A DNA stretch of 64,000 nt from Octopus bimaculoides (taxonomy: Eukaryota): NCBI RefSeq assembly GCF_001194135.2, contig NC_068993.1, forward strand, positions 52,293,842 to 52,357,841, given 5' to 3'. The translations under genes were made by a program, and so were the position numbers. The notes below the pieces were generated by a model that did not search any database, had not been told where the DNA came from, and saw only the letters and a list, made by a program, of their open reading frames with translations. Positions 63,807 to 64,000 of this stretch are shown here, piece by piece. Numbering within the stretch: position 1 is the stretch's first letter; every line of letters starts with the position of its first letter.

Positions 63807-64000
<194 letters not shown>

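Overview
Strongly AT-rich, repeat-saturated eukaryotic DNA from a draft scaffold with 11 N gaps. The repeat content (tRNA-derived CORE-type SINEs with a central microsatellite, (GAT)n-tailed RTE-type ends, TA-embedded foldback elements) is most consistent with an octopus genome; this is inference from recalled repeat families, not from a search. I recognised no intact protein-coding gene, rRNA, true tRNA or CRISPR array. Almost all listed ORFs are artefacts of microsatellites, SINEs or N gaps. The well-supported content is transposon-derived: a decayed Ty3/Gypsy pol (PR-RT-RH-INT, minus strand, about 52.3-55.3 kb) split by a SINE with a 9-bp TSD, a second Gypsy RNase H fragment at 36.9-37.3 kb, Penelope-like remnants (one with a CpG-decayed hammerhead ribozyme), an RTE 5' fragment, mariner, piggyBac and hAT MITEs, several long palindromes and at least five SINE-like families. 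Family labels A-I are mine. A CpG-rich ETS/CRE-like motif near 29.4 kb followed by a perfect splice donor suggests a promoter and first exon. A few short exon candidates exist but give no recognisable protein. The most interesting observations are the fossil hammerhead, a 36-bp hairpin whose only non-Watson-Crick pairs are G-U, a nest of foldback elements in a TA tract, and head/tail swapping among the SINEs. I did not find convincing evidence of a wholly new biological system.
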